This document shows positions 28,427-37,821 of a stretch of 60,066 nucleotides of DNA, one piece after another. Made by a program: the position numbers and the translations under genes. The notes beneath the pieces are model-generated. The model searched no databases and had not been told where the DNA came from. It saw nothing but the letters and a program-made list of their open reading frames with translations. Position 1 is the first letter of the stretch. The number at the start of each line of letters is the position of its first letter. The DNA is from an uncultured Nitrospirota bacterium (GTDB lineage Bacteria; Nitrospirota; Nitrospiria; JACRHA01). The stretch is from the NCBI GenBank assembly GCA_964481895.1, contig CAYZUL010000006.1, positions 1 through 60,066 of the forward strand, given 5' to 3'.

Positions 28427-28965
28427 ACAGGGATGGCACAATCAATAAAGAGTCAGGTTATATAGACAGGCCTGATATGATAGAACTTATACCAGGGTCG
28501 GCTGAGGCCATAAGGATGATAAATTGCATGGGGCTTAATGCGGTGGTTGTTACAAATCAGTCCGGCATAGGGAGGTCCTATTTCAAGGAGGAGTCTTTAA
28601 AGGAGGTTCATAGAAGACTAAAAGAGATCCTTATGGAAGAGGGGGCATATATTGATGCCATTTACTATTGTCCCCACCACCCTGATGAAGGCTGTGATTG
28701 CAGGAAGCCGATGCCTGGTCTCCTGAAAAAGGCCGCGTCAGAGCTTGATATCGATCTTTGCTCATCATATGTTATAGGTGATAAGATAAGCGATCTTATC
28801 CTTGCCCTAAATGTAGGGGCAATGGGGATACTGGTCAGGACAGGTTATGGATCAGAGACTATTGAAGCTGTCAGAGATCAAGAGGGTCTTTCAGGCCTGG
28901 TTGCAGAAGACCTCTTAAGCGCAGTCAGATGGATAAAAGAAGACATAAAAAAATACTCATCATAA
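28402..28965 (+). CDS. gmhB: D-glycero-D-manno-heptose 1,7-bisphosphate phosphatase
   Basis: FIDRDGTIN, TNQSG, CPHHP..C.CRKP, IGD..SD. Confidence 0.93.
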   Translation: MGRIAVFIDRDGTINKESGYIDRPDMIELIPGSAEAIRMINCMGLNAVVVTNQSGIGRSYFKEESLKEVHRRLKEILMEEGAYIDAIYYCPHHPDEGCDCRKPMPGLLKKAASELDIDLCSSYVIGDKISDLILALNVGAMGILVRTGYGSETIEAVRDQEGLSGLVAEDLLSAVRWIKEDIKKYSS

Positions 28966-30137
28966 AACCGAGTTCCCTCGGGGATATTGTTCATTCACTT
29001 CCTACTCTAAAGGCGGTCAGGCAGCTCTTTCCGAAGGCATTTATATCATGGCTTGTGAAGGAGGAGTGGGCGGGGATCCTGGCAGGGAATCCATATCTGG
29101 ACGAGATCCTCTCTTTCCCCTTTACCCTGAAAGGGATGCCGCAGATAATCGGATCAGTCAGGAAGAGGAGGTTTGACCTGGTCCTGGATCTCCAGGGACT
29201 TCTGCGCAGCTCGGTGATCAGTTTTCTATCCGGTGCATCGATAAGGATCGGCTATGAGAGTGCCAGGGAGGGTGCCAAGATATTTTATACCGAGAGGGTA
29301 AAGGTCCCTTTGTTAGATATTCATGCTGTTGACCGCTATATGCTTTCTGTTGGGATAGAAGGGTTTGTCCCATCCCCATCTGATTTCTACATAAAGATTG
29401 ATCAGGCTGATACCGGCTATGTAAGGGAGATGCTGGCCATAAATAATTCTGTAAATTCGCCTCTTATAGCGATAAACCCGCAGGCAAGATGGAAGACAAA
29501 GCTTTGGCAACAGGAGCGCTTTGATCTGCTTGCAGACCTGCTGGCTGATAAGTTTGGCGCAAGGATCGTTTTAATTGGCGACAATAAAGACAATTTAGGC
29601 GGAGATGAAGCGACGCGAGCCCCTTTGGGGTATCTACATAGCGAACAACGTGAGCGAGAGGGGGATGGTCGCTCCCCTGAGATAGAACAGCGAGCGAAGT
29701 CGAGCGTAGGGAGGGGGAGGCTCCATCCGGCTCTGCCGGTGGAGGGGGATGGTCGCTCCCCTGAGATTGAAGCGACGCGAGCCCCTTTAATAGACATGAG
29801 GGGAAAAACCAGCCTAAAACAGTTGGCCGCACTGTTGAAGGAGGTCGACCTGCTTGTCACCAACGATTCAGGACCAATGCATATAGCGGCAGCACTGGGA
29901 ACCCCTGTTGTTGCCATCTTCGGACCAACAGATCCGAAGAGGACAGGGCCCTATGGAGAAAGACACAGGGTCGTCCGGGGCTCTGCTCCGTGCAGTCCCT
30001 GTTTTAAGAAGAGATGCGGCATGCCGAGCCATCTCTGCATGGAGGCGATTAGCGTTGAGATGGTGTTGGAGGAGATATCAAACATACTGAGAAGTAATAA
30101 TGCTGGATCAGTCGGCGCAGAGAGGACCGAAAAATAG
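28929..30137 (+). CDS. waaC: GT9 heptosyltransferase (WaaC-like) carrying an in-frame repeat-element insertion
   Basis: KPSSLGDIVH, DLQGLLRS, NDSGPMHIAAA, FGPTDP; about 60 aa of non-family sequence at 29606-29788. Confidence 0.85.
   Translation: MDKRRHKKILIIKPSSLGDIVHSLPTLKAVRQLFPKAFISWLVKEEWAGILAGNPYLDEILSFPFTLKGMPQIIGSVRKRRFDLVLDLQGLLRSSVISFLSGASIRIGYESAREGAKIFYTERVKVPLLDIHAVDRYMLSVGIEGFVPSPSDFYIKIDQADTGYVREMLAINNSVNSPLIAINPQARWKTKLWQQERFDLLADLLADKFGARIVLIGDNKDNLGGDEATRAPLGYLHSEQREREGDGRSPEIEQRAKSSVGRGRLHPALPVEGDGRSPEIEATRAPLIDMRGKTSLKQLAALLKEVDLLVTNDSGPMHIAAALGTPVVAIFGPTDPKRTGPYGERHRVVRGSAPCSPCFKKRCGMPSHLCMEAISVEMVLEEISNILRSNNAGSVGAERTEK
29606..29788. repeat. composite palindromic element within the waaC-like CDS
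   Basis: 21-bp direct repeat 29606-29626/29768-29788; 26-bp direct repeat 29658-29683/29742-29767; hairpin CTCCATCCGG-CTCTG-CCGGTGGAG; GGGTATCTAC 29628-29637. Confidence 0.9.
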
Positions 30138-30159
30138 AAACACAAAAGGGAGGTTTATT

Positions 30160-30348
30160 ATGGGTATAAGCAAAGAACTTCTGGATATACTTGCCTGTCC
30201 AAAGTGTAAGGGGGATATACATCTTAACGAGAAGGGCGATGGACTGGTCTGCGATGCATGCAGGCTTATCTATCAGATCAAAGACGATATACCCATTATG
30301 CTGATTGATGAGGCCATTAAGCTTGGGCCTGCGGATGCCCAGAATTGA
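30160..30348 (+). CDS. Trm112/YcaR-family protein
   Basis: LLDILACPKCKG...LVCDAC.L.Y.I.DDIPIML.DEA. Confidence 0.93.
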   Translation: MGISKELLDILACPKCKGDIHLNEKGDGLVCDACRLIYQIKDDIPIMLIDEAIKLGPADAQN

Positions 30349-30890
30349 TTCAGCGAATACGCCATATGATTGGCTATAATCGGATCCCATTGAGCATTTT
30401 TTTAGGGATTGGATTCTTTCTGCTATCCCCTACATCGGCCCTCTCATTGTGCCTGGGGATACCGTTGATCCTGCTTGGAGAGGGAATTCGGACCTGGGCG
30501 TCGGGATATCTTGAAAAGAATAAGGTTCTTCAGACCCTGGGTCCTTACAGTTTGACCAGAAACCCCCTCTACCTGGGGAATATTCTCATAGGGTTCGGAT
30601 TTGCCCTGATCGGGAACAGCCTCCTGGGAGGGATGGTATTGATAGGTGGTCTCCTTGTAATCTATACAGCCACGATTTTAGAAGAGGAGAGCTATCTTGC
30701 CCAATGCTTTGGGGAAGCCTTTAACGCCTATACCCGGCGTGTTCCGCGCTTCCTGCCTCGAATTGCCTGGCCTGAATCAGGGGATTTTCGATGGGCACAG
30801 GTCCGAGCCCACAAAGAGTTAAATACATGGTGGTGGCTAATTGGCGGGGTTCTTCTTTTTTCAATAAAGGCCGGGATAGGTTTGAGGTAG
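30345..30890 (+). CDS. membrane methyltransferase, ICMT/PEMT family
   Basis: GPYSLTRNPLYLGN, EE..L...FG..F.AY..RVPRFLP; several TM helices. Confidence 0.85.
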   Translation: MIQRIRHMIGYNRIPLSIFLGIGFFLLSPTSALSLCLGIPLILLGEGIRTWASGYLEKNKVLQTLGPYSLTRNPLYLGNILIGFGFALIGNSLLGGMVLIGGLLVIYTATILEEESYLAQCFGEAFNAYTRRVPRFLPRIAWPESGDFRWAQVRAHKELNTWWWLIGGVLLFSIKAGIGLR

Positions 30891-30892
30891 AA

Positions 30893-31657
30893 GTGTCTAG
30901 GGTTTCAGTAACCATTATAACCTTGAATGAAGAGGCCAACCTGTCCGCCTGTTTAGATTCCGTGAAGTGGGCGGACGAGATCCTGGTAGTCGACTCCGAA
31001 AGTCATGATCGTACGGTTGCTATTGCCAGGAATTTTGGCTGCCGTGTATTGATCAATCCTTGGCCGGGACATAAGGAGCAAAAAAACATTGCTGTTGAGG
31101 CAGCATCTTATGAATGGATCCTAAGCGTTGATGCCGATGAGCGCCTGACACCGGAGATTCAACAGGAGGTCCGCAAGGTCATTTCCGACCCGGACAGCAT
31201 GGATGGTTACAAATTTCCAAGAAAAAACTACTTTCTTGGAAAATGGATGAGGTATGGTGGCTGGTACCCCGATCATGTCTTAAGGTTGTTTAAAAAAGAC
31301 AAGGGGAGATTTGGTGGAATAAACCCACATGATAAGGTAATAATAGAAGGAGATAGAGTAAAGGTCATCAATTTTCCTATTATACATTTAACATATAAAG
31401 ATTTTTCTCAATATTTGACCAAACAGAATTCCTATGCTGAAATATCGGCAGAGGAGATAGTAAAGGAGAGAGGAAACAAGATAAAGGTTGGACAAATGAC
31501 CCTGGTAAGCAAATTCGTGATTAAATTTTTTGAACTATACATCTTGAAGAGGGGTTTTTTGGATTGTCTGCATGGCTTGATTGCTGCCATTGCTGCCTCA
31601 TATTTTGTATTCGTAAAATATGCAAAGGTGTGGGAAAGACAAAAAACTCAATTATGA
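30893..31657 (+). CDS. GT2 glycosyltransferase (KdtX/WaaE-like)
   Basis: IITLNEE, DEILVVDS.S.D.T, WILSVDADE, GGWYPD..LRLF. Confidence 0.88.
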   Translation: MSRVSVTIITLNEEANLSACLDSVKWADEILVVDSESHDRTVAIARNFGCRVLINPWPGHKEQKNIAVEAASYEWILSVDADERLTPEIQQEVRKVISDPDSMDGYKFPRKNYFLGKWMRYGGWYPDHVLRLFKKDKGRFGGINPHDKVIIEGDRVKVINFPIIHLTYKDFSQYLTKQNSYAEISAEEIVKERGNKIKVGQMTLVSKFVIKFFELYILKRGFLDCLHGLIAAIAASYFVFVKYAKVWERQKTQL

Positions 31658-32538
31658 TAAGTATAATTACAGCAGTCCACAACCAATTGGCTCATAATAA
31701 ATTATTTCTGGAATCCATTAAACGGCACACCTATCATCCCTATGAAATCATAATAATTGATAATTTTTCCACCGATGGATCTGATGCATTATTTGAGTCA
31801 AATGGGTGTAAGGTGATCAGAAATGGCAACAACCTCTGTTATCCGGAATCTATGAATATAGGGATTAAGGAGGCAAAGAATGATTTCCTTTGTTTCCTCA
31901 ATAATGATGTCTATGTGGGTGTTGACTGGGACAGGTATTTGATTGAGGGAATGAATATGTATAAACTCGATGCAGTATCTCCTATTGGCATTGAAAAGAT
32001 GCCTTCACCGTCTATAACTAAAAAATATTCAAGGAAATGGAAAAGACTGGGAAGGAGCAGGCATCCTAAGATGCAAGAAGATGGACTGCGGTCCCTCCTC
32101 AACAGTATGTATGGAGACTGGGATGAATTCTGCAAAGGTACATACAATAGCTATTACGGTAGAATTTTTGACGGTATAACAGGTTGCTGTGTTATGGTAA
32201 AAAGAGGTTTGATAGATAAGGTTGGCTTATGGGATGAGCGCGTGCAGGCCGGAGACTGGGATCTATACCTTCGGGTGAGAAAAAGGGAATCAGAGATAGG
32301 AGACGTTAAAAGGGTAATGACAATTTGTTGGTCATATGTGCATCATTTTATTAGGGCAACAGTTAAGAACAACCCTATCCCTTTTGCATGTATTCACCCA
32401 AAAGTATCAGTTGAAGATAAGTGGGGCATAGAGGAGATTAGAAGGCTCTGGTCAGACCCTGACGAGGTAAGGCCAAAATTTAAGGAAAGACTGCTTAAGC
32501 GCTTCATGGATATTAAAAGACCAAAGGAAAGAAAATGA
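31654..32538 (+). CDS. GT2 glycosyltransferase
   Basis: IIIDNFSTDGS, FLNNDV, GLWDE..QAGDWDL. Confidence 0.85.
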   Translation: MISIITAVHNQLAHNKLFLESIKRHTYHPYEIIIIDNFSTDGSDALFESNGCKVIRNGNNLCYPESMNIGIKEAKNDFLCFLNNDVYVGVDWDRYLIEGMNMYKLDAVSPIGIEKMPSPSITKKYSRKWKRLGRSRHPKMQEDGLRSLLNSMYGDWDEFCKGTYNSYYGRIFDGITGCCVMVKRGLIDKVGLWDERVQAGDWDLYLRVRKRESEIGDVKRVMTICWSYVHHFIRATVKNNPIPFACIHPKVSVEDKWGIEEIRRLWSDPDEVRPKFKERLLKRFMDIKRPKERK

Positions 32539-33386
32539 AGGTTAGCGGTTTTACTTTCTGCAGAAATGCAATAAAATATGACTATCCCATCATTGAATCT
32601 ATCAGGTCTATTCTTCCCATAGTAGATGAATATATAGTGAATGTAGGCAACTCCGAAGATGATACAGTTAAGTTAATTAGGTCTATAGGGGGAGAAAAAA
32701 TCAAGATCATTGAGTCTGTATGGGATGAAAACTTGAAGAAAGATGGTCTTATATATTCCGAGCAGACCAATATTGCCCTGGAATATTGCACAGGGGACTG
32801 GGCATTCTATCTCCAGGCCGATGAAGTTGTACATGAGGATGATCTGGGAGCAGTCTATAAGGCCATGAAGGAAAATTTAAGCAATAAGGATATTGCGGGC
32901 CTTATGTTCCGCTACCGGCATTTTAAAGGTGATTACTGGTCTTTGGACCCCTGGATGTATCACAAAGAGATTAGAATTATTAGAAACAATGGAAAAGTAA
33001 GGTCACATGGTGATGCTACGGGATTTTGCTGCATTGAAGATGACCCTATTATAAACCTGAAAAATGGGCCTAAGACGCGTTGGGTATTCAGCACGGGAAG
33101 GATATTCCATTATGGATGGGTAAAAGACCCCAAGGTTATGACGGCTAAGAAGCGGTATCAGATATCCCTCTATCACGAGGGGAGAGTCCCGGAAAATGAA
33201 AGGGTCTTCTTTGAGAATGAAGAATACTCTTACGACAAGTATGATATCCTGAAGGAGTTTCGTGGTACACACCCCAAGGTTATGGAAGACAGGATTAAGA
33301 AGGAAAAACGCTTAAGAACAAGACGCAGCAGATGGCTGAACTGGAGGTTCTACAAAGAGGTCTTAACCCATGGATTCAAAGGCTAA
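32535..33386 (+). CDS. GT2-like glycosyltransferase
   Basis: SGFTF.RNA.KYDYP..ESI.S.LP..DE, YLQADE, HYGWV. Confidence 0.85.
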   Translation: MKVSGFTFCRNAIKYDYPIIESIRSILPIVDEYIVNVGNSEDDTVKLIRSIGGEKIKIIESVWDENLKKDGLIYSEQTNIALEYCTGDWAFYLQADEVVHEDDLGAVYKAMKENLSNKDIAGLMFRYRHFKGDYWSLDPWMYHKEIRIIRNNGKVRSHGDATGFCCIEDDPIINLKNGPKTRWVFSTGRIFHYGWVKDPKVMTAKKRYQISLYHEGRVPENERVFFENEEYSYDKYDILKEFRGTHPKVMEDRIKKEKRLRTRRSRWLNWRFYKEVLTHGFKG

Positions 33387-33552
33387 AACAGTATCATTAG
33401 GCAATTTATAATCAGGTGGCTTATATCAGGCTATTTATTCGTTCCATATTTTAGTGATGTACAGAGACAATATTAAAATAGTTTTGGACATTGATTGTGG
33501 TTGATAATTTTTATGTCACACTTAGGGCTGTAAAATAAGCAATACTTAAAAG

Positions 33553-34329
33553 ATGAAGAAGCTGTCTGTTGTGATTATTGCCGGCAATGAAGAACAAAAC
33601 ATCAAAGATTGTCTGGAGGGTATAAAGTGGGCAGACGAGATCATCGTTGTCGATGCTCATAGTAAAGATAGGACTGTAGATATTGCCAGGGGATATACAG
33701 ATAAAGTTTTTTTAAATGAATGGCCTGGTTTTGGCCCGCAGAAGAATCTGGGCATCGATAAAGCCACATATAATTGGATCCTCATAGTGGATTCTGACGA
33801 GAGGGTTACACCGGAGCTAAGGGATGAAATTGAAGATAAGATTTCCAATGCTGCGGACAATGTATTTGTGGGATATCAGGTTCCTAGAAGGAATTATTTC
33901 TATGGAAAATGGGTTCGTTGGGGCGGAGCGTATCCAGATTATCAGTTAAGATTGTTTAGAAAAGACGCAGGAAGGTATAATGATGTGCCGGTTCATGAAA
34001 ACCTGATTCTCCAGGGACCAATAGGATATCTTAATAATCCTTTAAATCATTTAGCCGATAGGCGTATAAGTGATCGATTTATAAAAGTGGATAGGTATAC
34101 TACCGTGGCGGCTAAGGAAATGGCCAATAAGAAAGGACGGGTGAGGTGGTATGATATAGCCCTTAGGCCCATTGCTCCTTTTATAAAGGCCTATGTATTA
34201 AAAAAAGGTTATAGGGATGGAATATATGGCCTTATTTATGGGGTTTTTACCGGTTTTTATACCTTTTCAAAATATGTGAAATTATTGGAGATACTAAAGG
34301 AGACAGAAAGATCACGGAAGGTAGTATGA
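33553..34329 (+). CDS. GT2 glycosyltransferase (KdtX/WaaE-like)
   Basis: ADEIIVVDA.S.D.T, WILIVDSDE, YPDYQLRLF, VHE. Confidence 0.88.
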   Translation: MKKLSVVIIAGNEEQNIKDCLEGIKWADEIIVVDAHSKDRTVDIARGYTDKVFLNEWPGFGPQKNLGIDKATYNWILIVDSDERVTPELRDEIEDKISNAADNVFVGYQVPRRNYFYGKWVRWGGAYPDYQLRLFRKDAGRYNDVPVHENLILQGPIGYLNNPLNHLADRRISDRFIKVDRYTTVAAKEMANKKGRVRWYDIALRPIAPFIKAYVLKKGYRDGIYGLIYGVFTGFYTFSKYVKLLEILKETERSRKVV

Positions 34330-35432
34330 TTCTGGGACAAAAGATAAAAGAGGAATTAAATAATCGATCTATTAAGAAGATATTAATTATTGCCATAAGG
34401 GCCATTGGTGATATGGTCCTTATCACACCTGTTATTGAGAGCATAAAAAATAGCTATCCCCACATAGAATTATCGCTCCTTATAGATTCCAGCTGCATCG
34501 CAGTATTTAAGAATAACCCGAAGATTGACAGGCTCTATTTGATAGACAGAGGAAGGTCTGTTCCGCTACTAAAAAAGATCAAGGAAAATCGATCCCTTAT
34601 CAGTCATCTAAGGGGCTGCGATATCGCTATAGACCTGTTCAGCCGTGGTCCAAGAGGGGCGGTAATATCATTTCTGAGCGGTGCACCGTATAGAGTAGGC
34701 GATGTATCGAGGGGAGGGGTAAAAAACATCTGCTATAATTTAAAGCTGCAGGTTCCACAGGATAAACATCTGGTGGAACAAAAGCTATGGATGATGAAGT
34801 CTATCGGTATAGAGAGTATCATTACAAAGCTGAAATTATATATATCAGAAGAGGAGAAAGATTTTGCAAAAGAGTTTTTTTTATCGAGGGGATTGATTCC
34901 CGGCAAAGATCTCCTGGTAGGTTTTTCCCCCGGTTCAGGTTGGATAAATAGGAATTGGCCTCCCGAGAGATTTGCCATGCTTGGTGATATTCTTCAGGAT
35001 AAATTTGATTCAAAGGTAATCCTCTTTGGTGGAGAAAGGGATCGAGATGTTGTTGAAGGAGTTGCTGAACTGATGAGTCGGAAACCTTTTGTTTTTGAAT
35101 CCGCACCATCTTTAAGGAACAGTATCTTATTCATGAATGAGTGTGATATTTTTGTATCAAATGACACAGGACCTATGCACATCGCAATGGCCCTCGGTAT
35201 CCCGACTGTATGCCTTTATGGACCAGGAGACAGAACGCTTTATGGACCATGGGGGAATAATGCACATGTAGTTTGTAAGGACCTCGATTGTAGCCCCTGT
35301 CCACCTTTCAACGACTACTGTAAAGATAATAAATGCATGAGATTAATAGAGGTAGATGAAGTGTTGGAGGCGATAAATCAGTTATCACGGAAAGAACTTA
35401 TAGCGGACAAAGATGGAATTAGTTTTAAGTAA
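34326..35432 (+). CDS. GT9 glycosyltransferase
   Basis: AIGDMVL.TP, WPPERF, NDTGPMHIA, C.PC...C...CM. Confidence 0.88.
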   Translation: MILGQKIKEELNNRSIKKILIIAIRAIGDMVLITPVIESIKNSYPHIELSLLIDSSCIAVFKNNPKIDRLYLIDRGRSVPLLKKIKENRSLISHLRGCDIAIDLFSRGPRGAVISFLSGAPYRVGDVSRGGVKNICYNLKLQVPQDKHLVEQKLWMMKSIGIESIITKLKLYISEEEKDFAKEFFLSRGLIPGKDLLVGFSPGSGWINRNWPPERFAMLGDILQDKFDSKVILFGGERDRDVVEGVAELMSRKPFVFESAPSLRNSILFMNECDIFVSNDTGPMHIAMALGIPTVCLYGPGDRTLYGPWGNNAHVVCKDLDCSPCPPFNDYCKDNKCMRLIEVDEVLEAINQLSRKELIADKDGISFK

Positions 35433-36636
35433 CTCAAATAGAAACAAGATTACGTGGCTTGAGACAACATTCTGGGTGTTCCTCTTTATTGCCCTATTTT
35501 CATTGCCCCTTTCAGAGGCCATAAAAAATATATTTCTTGTAGGCGCCTACATTCAAGGATTGATCCTTCTTATTCTAAGGAAAGGTGAAATAAAGATATC
35601 CCCTATCGGATGGGCCTTCCTCTTATTTCTTTTTGTGTCCATATTAAGTGCGATAAACTCTTTTTATCCCTATAAGGCCGTGCGCGGAGTGTGGGACATT
35701 CTAAACCCCACTCTATTATACATAATATTAATAAATACTATAGATTCCCATAAAAGGATCAATACCATCCTTTCAATTATTATCCTATCTATTGGGATCG
35801 GCGCGATCCTGGGGATCACAGAATATCTCTTATGGCCGGAGAACTTTACTAGATTAAAGATCCATTCCCTGGGAAGTACCGCCGGCTACCTTGTAATTGT
35901 GATTGGTTTAATGATTGGAATGCTTATTAATATGAGACTTGAAAAGCGGGAGAGGGTGGTCTTAATTATAATCACGTTGCTCTCCTTTATTGCCTTGATA
36001 TTAACGAACTATCGAACTCAATGGGGTACCCTGTTAATAATGTTTTTAGTTTTTTCTCTACTAAATAAGATTAAGGCTTCCCATAGAACTATCCTCTCCT
36101 TTATGCTCATATTTGTTATTTTTTTAATTACGATTGTGGTATTAGACCATAATGTGGTTTTCAGTCGAATAAGAAATATGGCAACGCCCTCAAAAGATCC
36201 TGCTATGGTTGCCCGCATGACCATCTGGAAGGGCTCATGGGCCATGTTTATGGATAATCCCATCTTAGGTGTTGGACCCAAGTGTTTCCAGACCGATTGG
36301 AATTTTGAACGGGATGAAAACAGAAAAAAGTACAATGTCTTACCTGAAGCCGGGCAGGCCCACAATATGTTCCTTAACGTAGCGGCAGAAACGGGGATAA
36401 TGGGCATAATAGCTTTGCTGGCCTGGTTAGGAACGTATGCCTATCATTTGTTCAAATCGAGAAAGGATATTAATAACGATCTGGCGCTTTCGCTCTGGTA
36501 TGGCGCCCTTGGAGGGTGGATTGCTATATTGATCGGAGGGATGACGGAATCCTTTATTGGAGCTGAGATATCCCTTCTTATAATGACCATCCTGGCCCTC
36601 TTCCATTCATCCCTGCAAGTTAAAGAGGGAGATTAA
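35413..36636 (+). CDS. waaL: O-antigen ligase family protein
   Basis: About 12 TM helices, R..IWK......PILGVG, AHNMFL..AAETG..G. Confidence 0.88.
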   Translation: MELVLSNSNRNKITWLETTFWVFLFIALFSLPLSEAIKNIFLVGAYIQGLILLILRKGEIKISPIGWAFLLFLFVSILSAINSFYPYKAVRGVWDILNPTLLYIILINTIDSHKRINTILSIIILSIGIGAILGITEYLLWPENFTRLKIHSLGSTAGYLVIVIGLMIGMLINMRLEKRERVVLIIITLLSFIALILTNYRTQWGTLLIMFLVFSLLNKIKASHRTILSFMLIFVIFLITIVVLDHNVVFSRIRNMATPSKDPAMVARMTIWKGSWAMFMDNPILGVGPKCFQTDWNFERDENRKKYNVLPEAGQAHNMFLNVAAETGIMGIIALLAWLGTYAYHLFKSRKDINNDLALSLWYGALGGWIAILIGGMTESFIGAEISLLIMTILALFHSSLQVKEGD

Positions 36637-36651
36637 AGGATTCCAAGGTTT

Positions 36652-37722
36652 ATGCGGCAGGATGATTTTAAGAAGATACTAATCATCAAACTCCGATATA
36701 TCGGGGATGTATTGCTCTCTACCCCTGTTGCGGCAAATCTCCGACGTCATTTTCCTGATGCCCATATAACCATGGTTGTTAACAGGGGAACTGATGAAGT
36801 CCTTCGATATAATCCTCATATAAATAGAGTGATTCCTATCGACCGTTCTGAGGTCAAAGGGAATTTCATTGAGCGGATCCAAAGCTCGTTTCGAATAGTA
36901 ACCCAGATACGAAGAGAACAATTTGACCTGGTTATTGACCTCACAGATGGAGACAGAGGGGCCATCTTAAGCTACCTAAGCAACGCCAGGATGCGAGTAG
37001 GATACAACGCTGAAGGCAGGGCTCGGGGAAGACTTTATACGACGATCGTTCACCCCTCTTCACCGGATCTTCACAATGTAGAATATCAGCTGGAGGTGAT
37101 CAGGGCCTTGGGACTGCCGATCAAGACAAAGGACCTGGTGCTTCATTGGGGTATGGAGGATGATCTATTTGTAACGGATTGGCTCACAAAAAACGGATTG
37201 GCCAAGCATCTTTTTGTGACCATACATCCAGGAGGCCGTTGGTGGTTCAAACAATGGCCATTAGAGCGTTTTGCAACACTGGCAGAGAGCCTGCGAGAAC
37301 GATTCGGTTTAGAGGTAGTATTCCTGGGAGGAGAGAAAGAGCGGGAAGGTATCAAGGAGATCGCGCATTATCTGGGTAGATCCTTTTATGCAGCAGAGGG
37401 GCTCACATTGCTTCAACTGGCCACATTAATCCAACGATCATGTCTTTTTATCGGAAACGACAATGGTCCCATGCATATAGCCGCCGCTGTCGGCACACCA
37501 GTTATAGCCCTTTTTGGCTCATCTGATCCGAAGGTCTGGGGGCCGTGGGAAAAAGGGAGTACGATCATCTACAAAGGGGTGTCTTGCAGCCCCTGTACTC
37601 ATACAGGCTGCAACATGGGAGAATTTAATTGCATGAGACAGATAACGGTTTCTGAGGTTATTGCAGGGGTTGAAAAACAATTACCTCGCTCTCACTCCCC
37701 AGCAGAATCATACTGGGGGTAA
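36652..37722 (+). CDS. GT9 heptosyltransferase III-like (RfaQ/WaaQ)
   Basis: KLRYIGDVLL.TP, DLTDGDR, HPG.RWWFK.WP, ND.GPMHIAAAV. Confidence 0.85.
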   Translation: MRQDDFKKILIIKLRYIGDVLLSTPVAANLRRHFPDAHITMVVNRGTDEVLRYNPHINRVIPIDRSEVKGNFIERIQSSFRIVTQIRREQFDLVIDLTDGDRGAILSYLSNARMRVGYNAEGRARGRLYTTIVHPSSPDLHNVEYQLEVIRALGLPIKTKDLVLHWGMEDDLFVTDWLTKNGLAKHLFVTIHPGGRWWFKQWPLERFATLAESLRERFGLEVVFLGGEKEREGIKEIAHYLGRSFYAAEGLTLLQLATLIQRSCLFIGNDNGPMHIAAAVGTPVIALFGSSDPKVWGPWEKGSTIIYKGVSCSPCTHTGCNMGEFNCMRQITVSEVIAGVEKQLPRSHSPAESYWG

Positions 37723-37821
37723 GGAACCTGTTATCAGGAGCGGAAAACCATTAGCAGAATCCTTTCATTTCCATCTACCTAAAACTTGAACGATCTCTCC
37801 TTGTATGTTAGTCTCTAATCT

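Noticed and set aside
29606-29788. Direct repeats as a CRISPR mini-array
   Set aside because: Two different repeat pairs in nested order inside an ORF, no regular repeat-spacer period and no cas genes.
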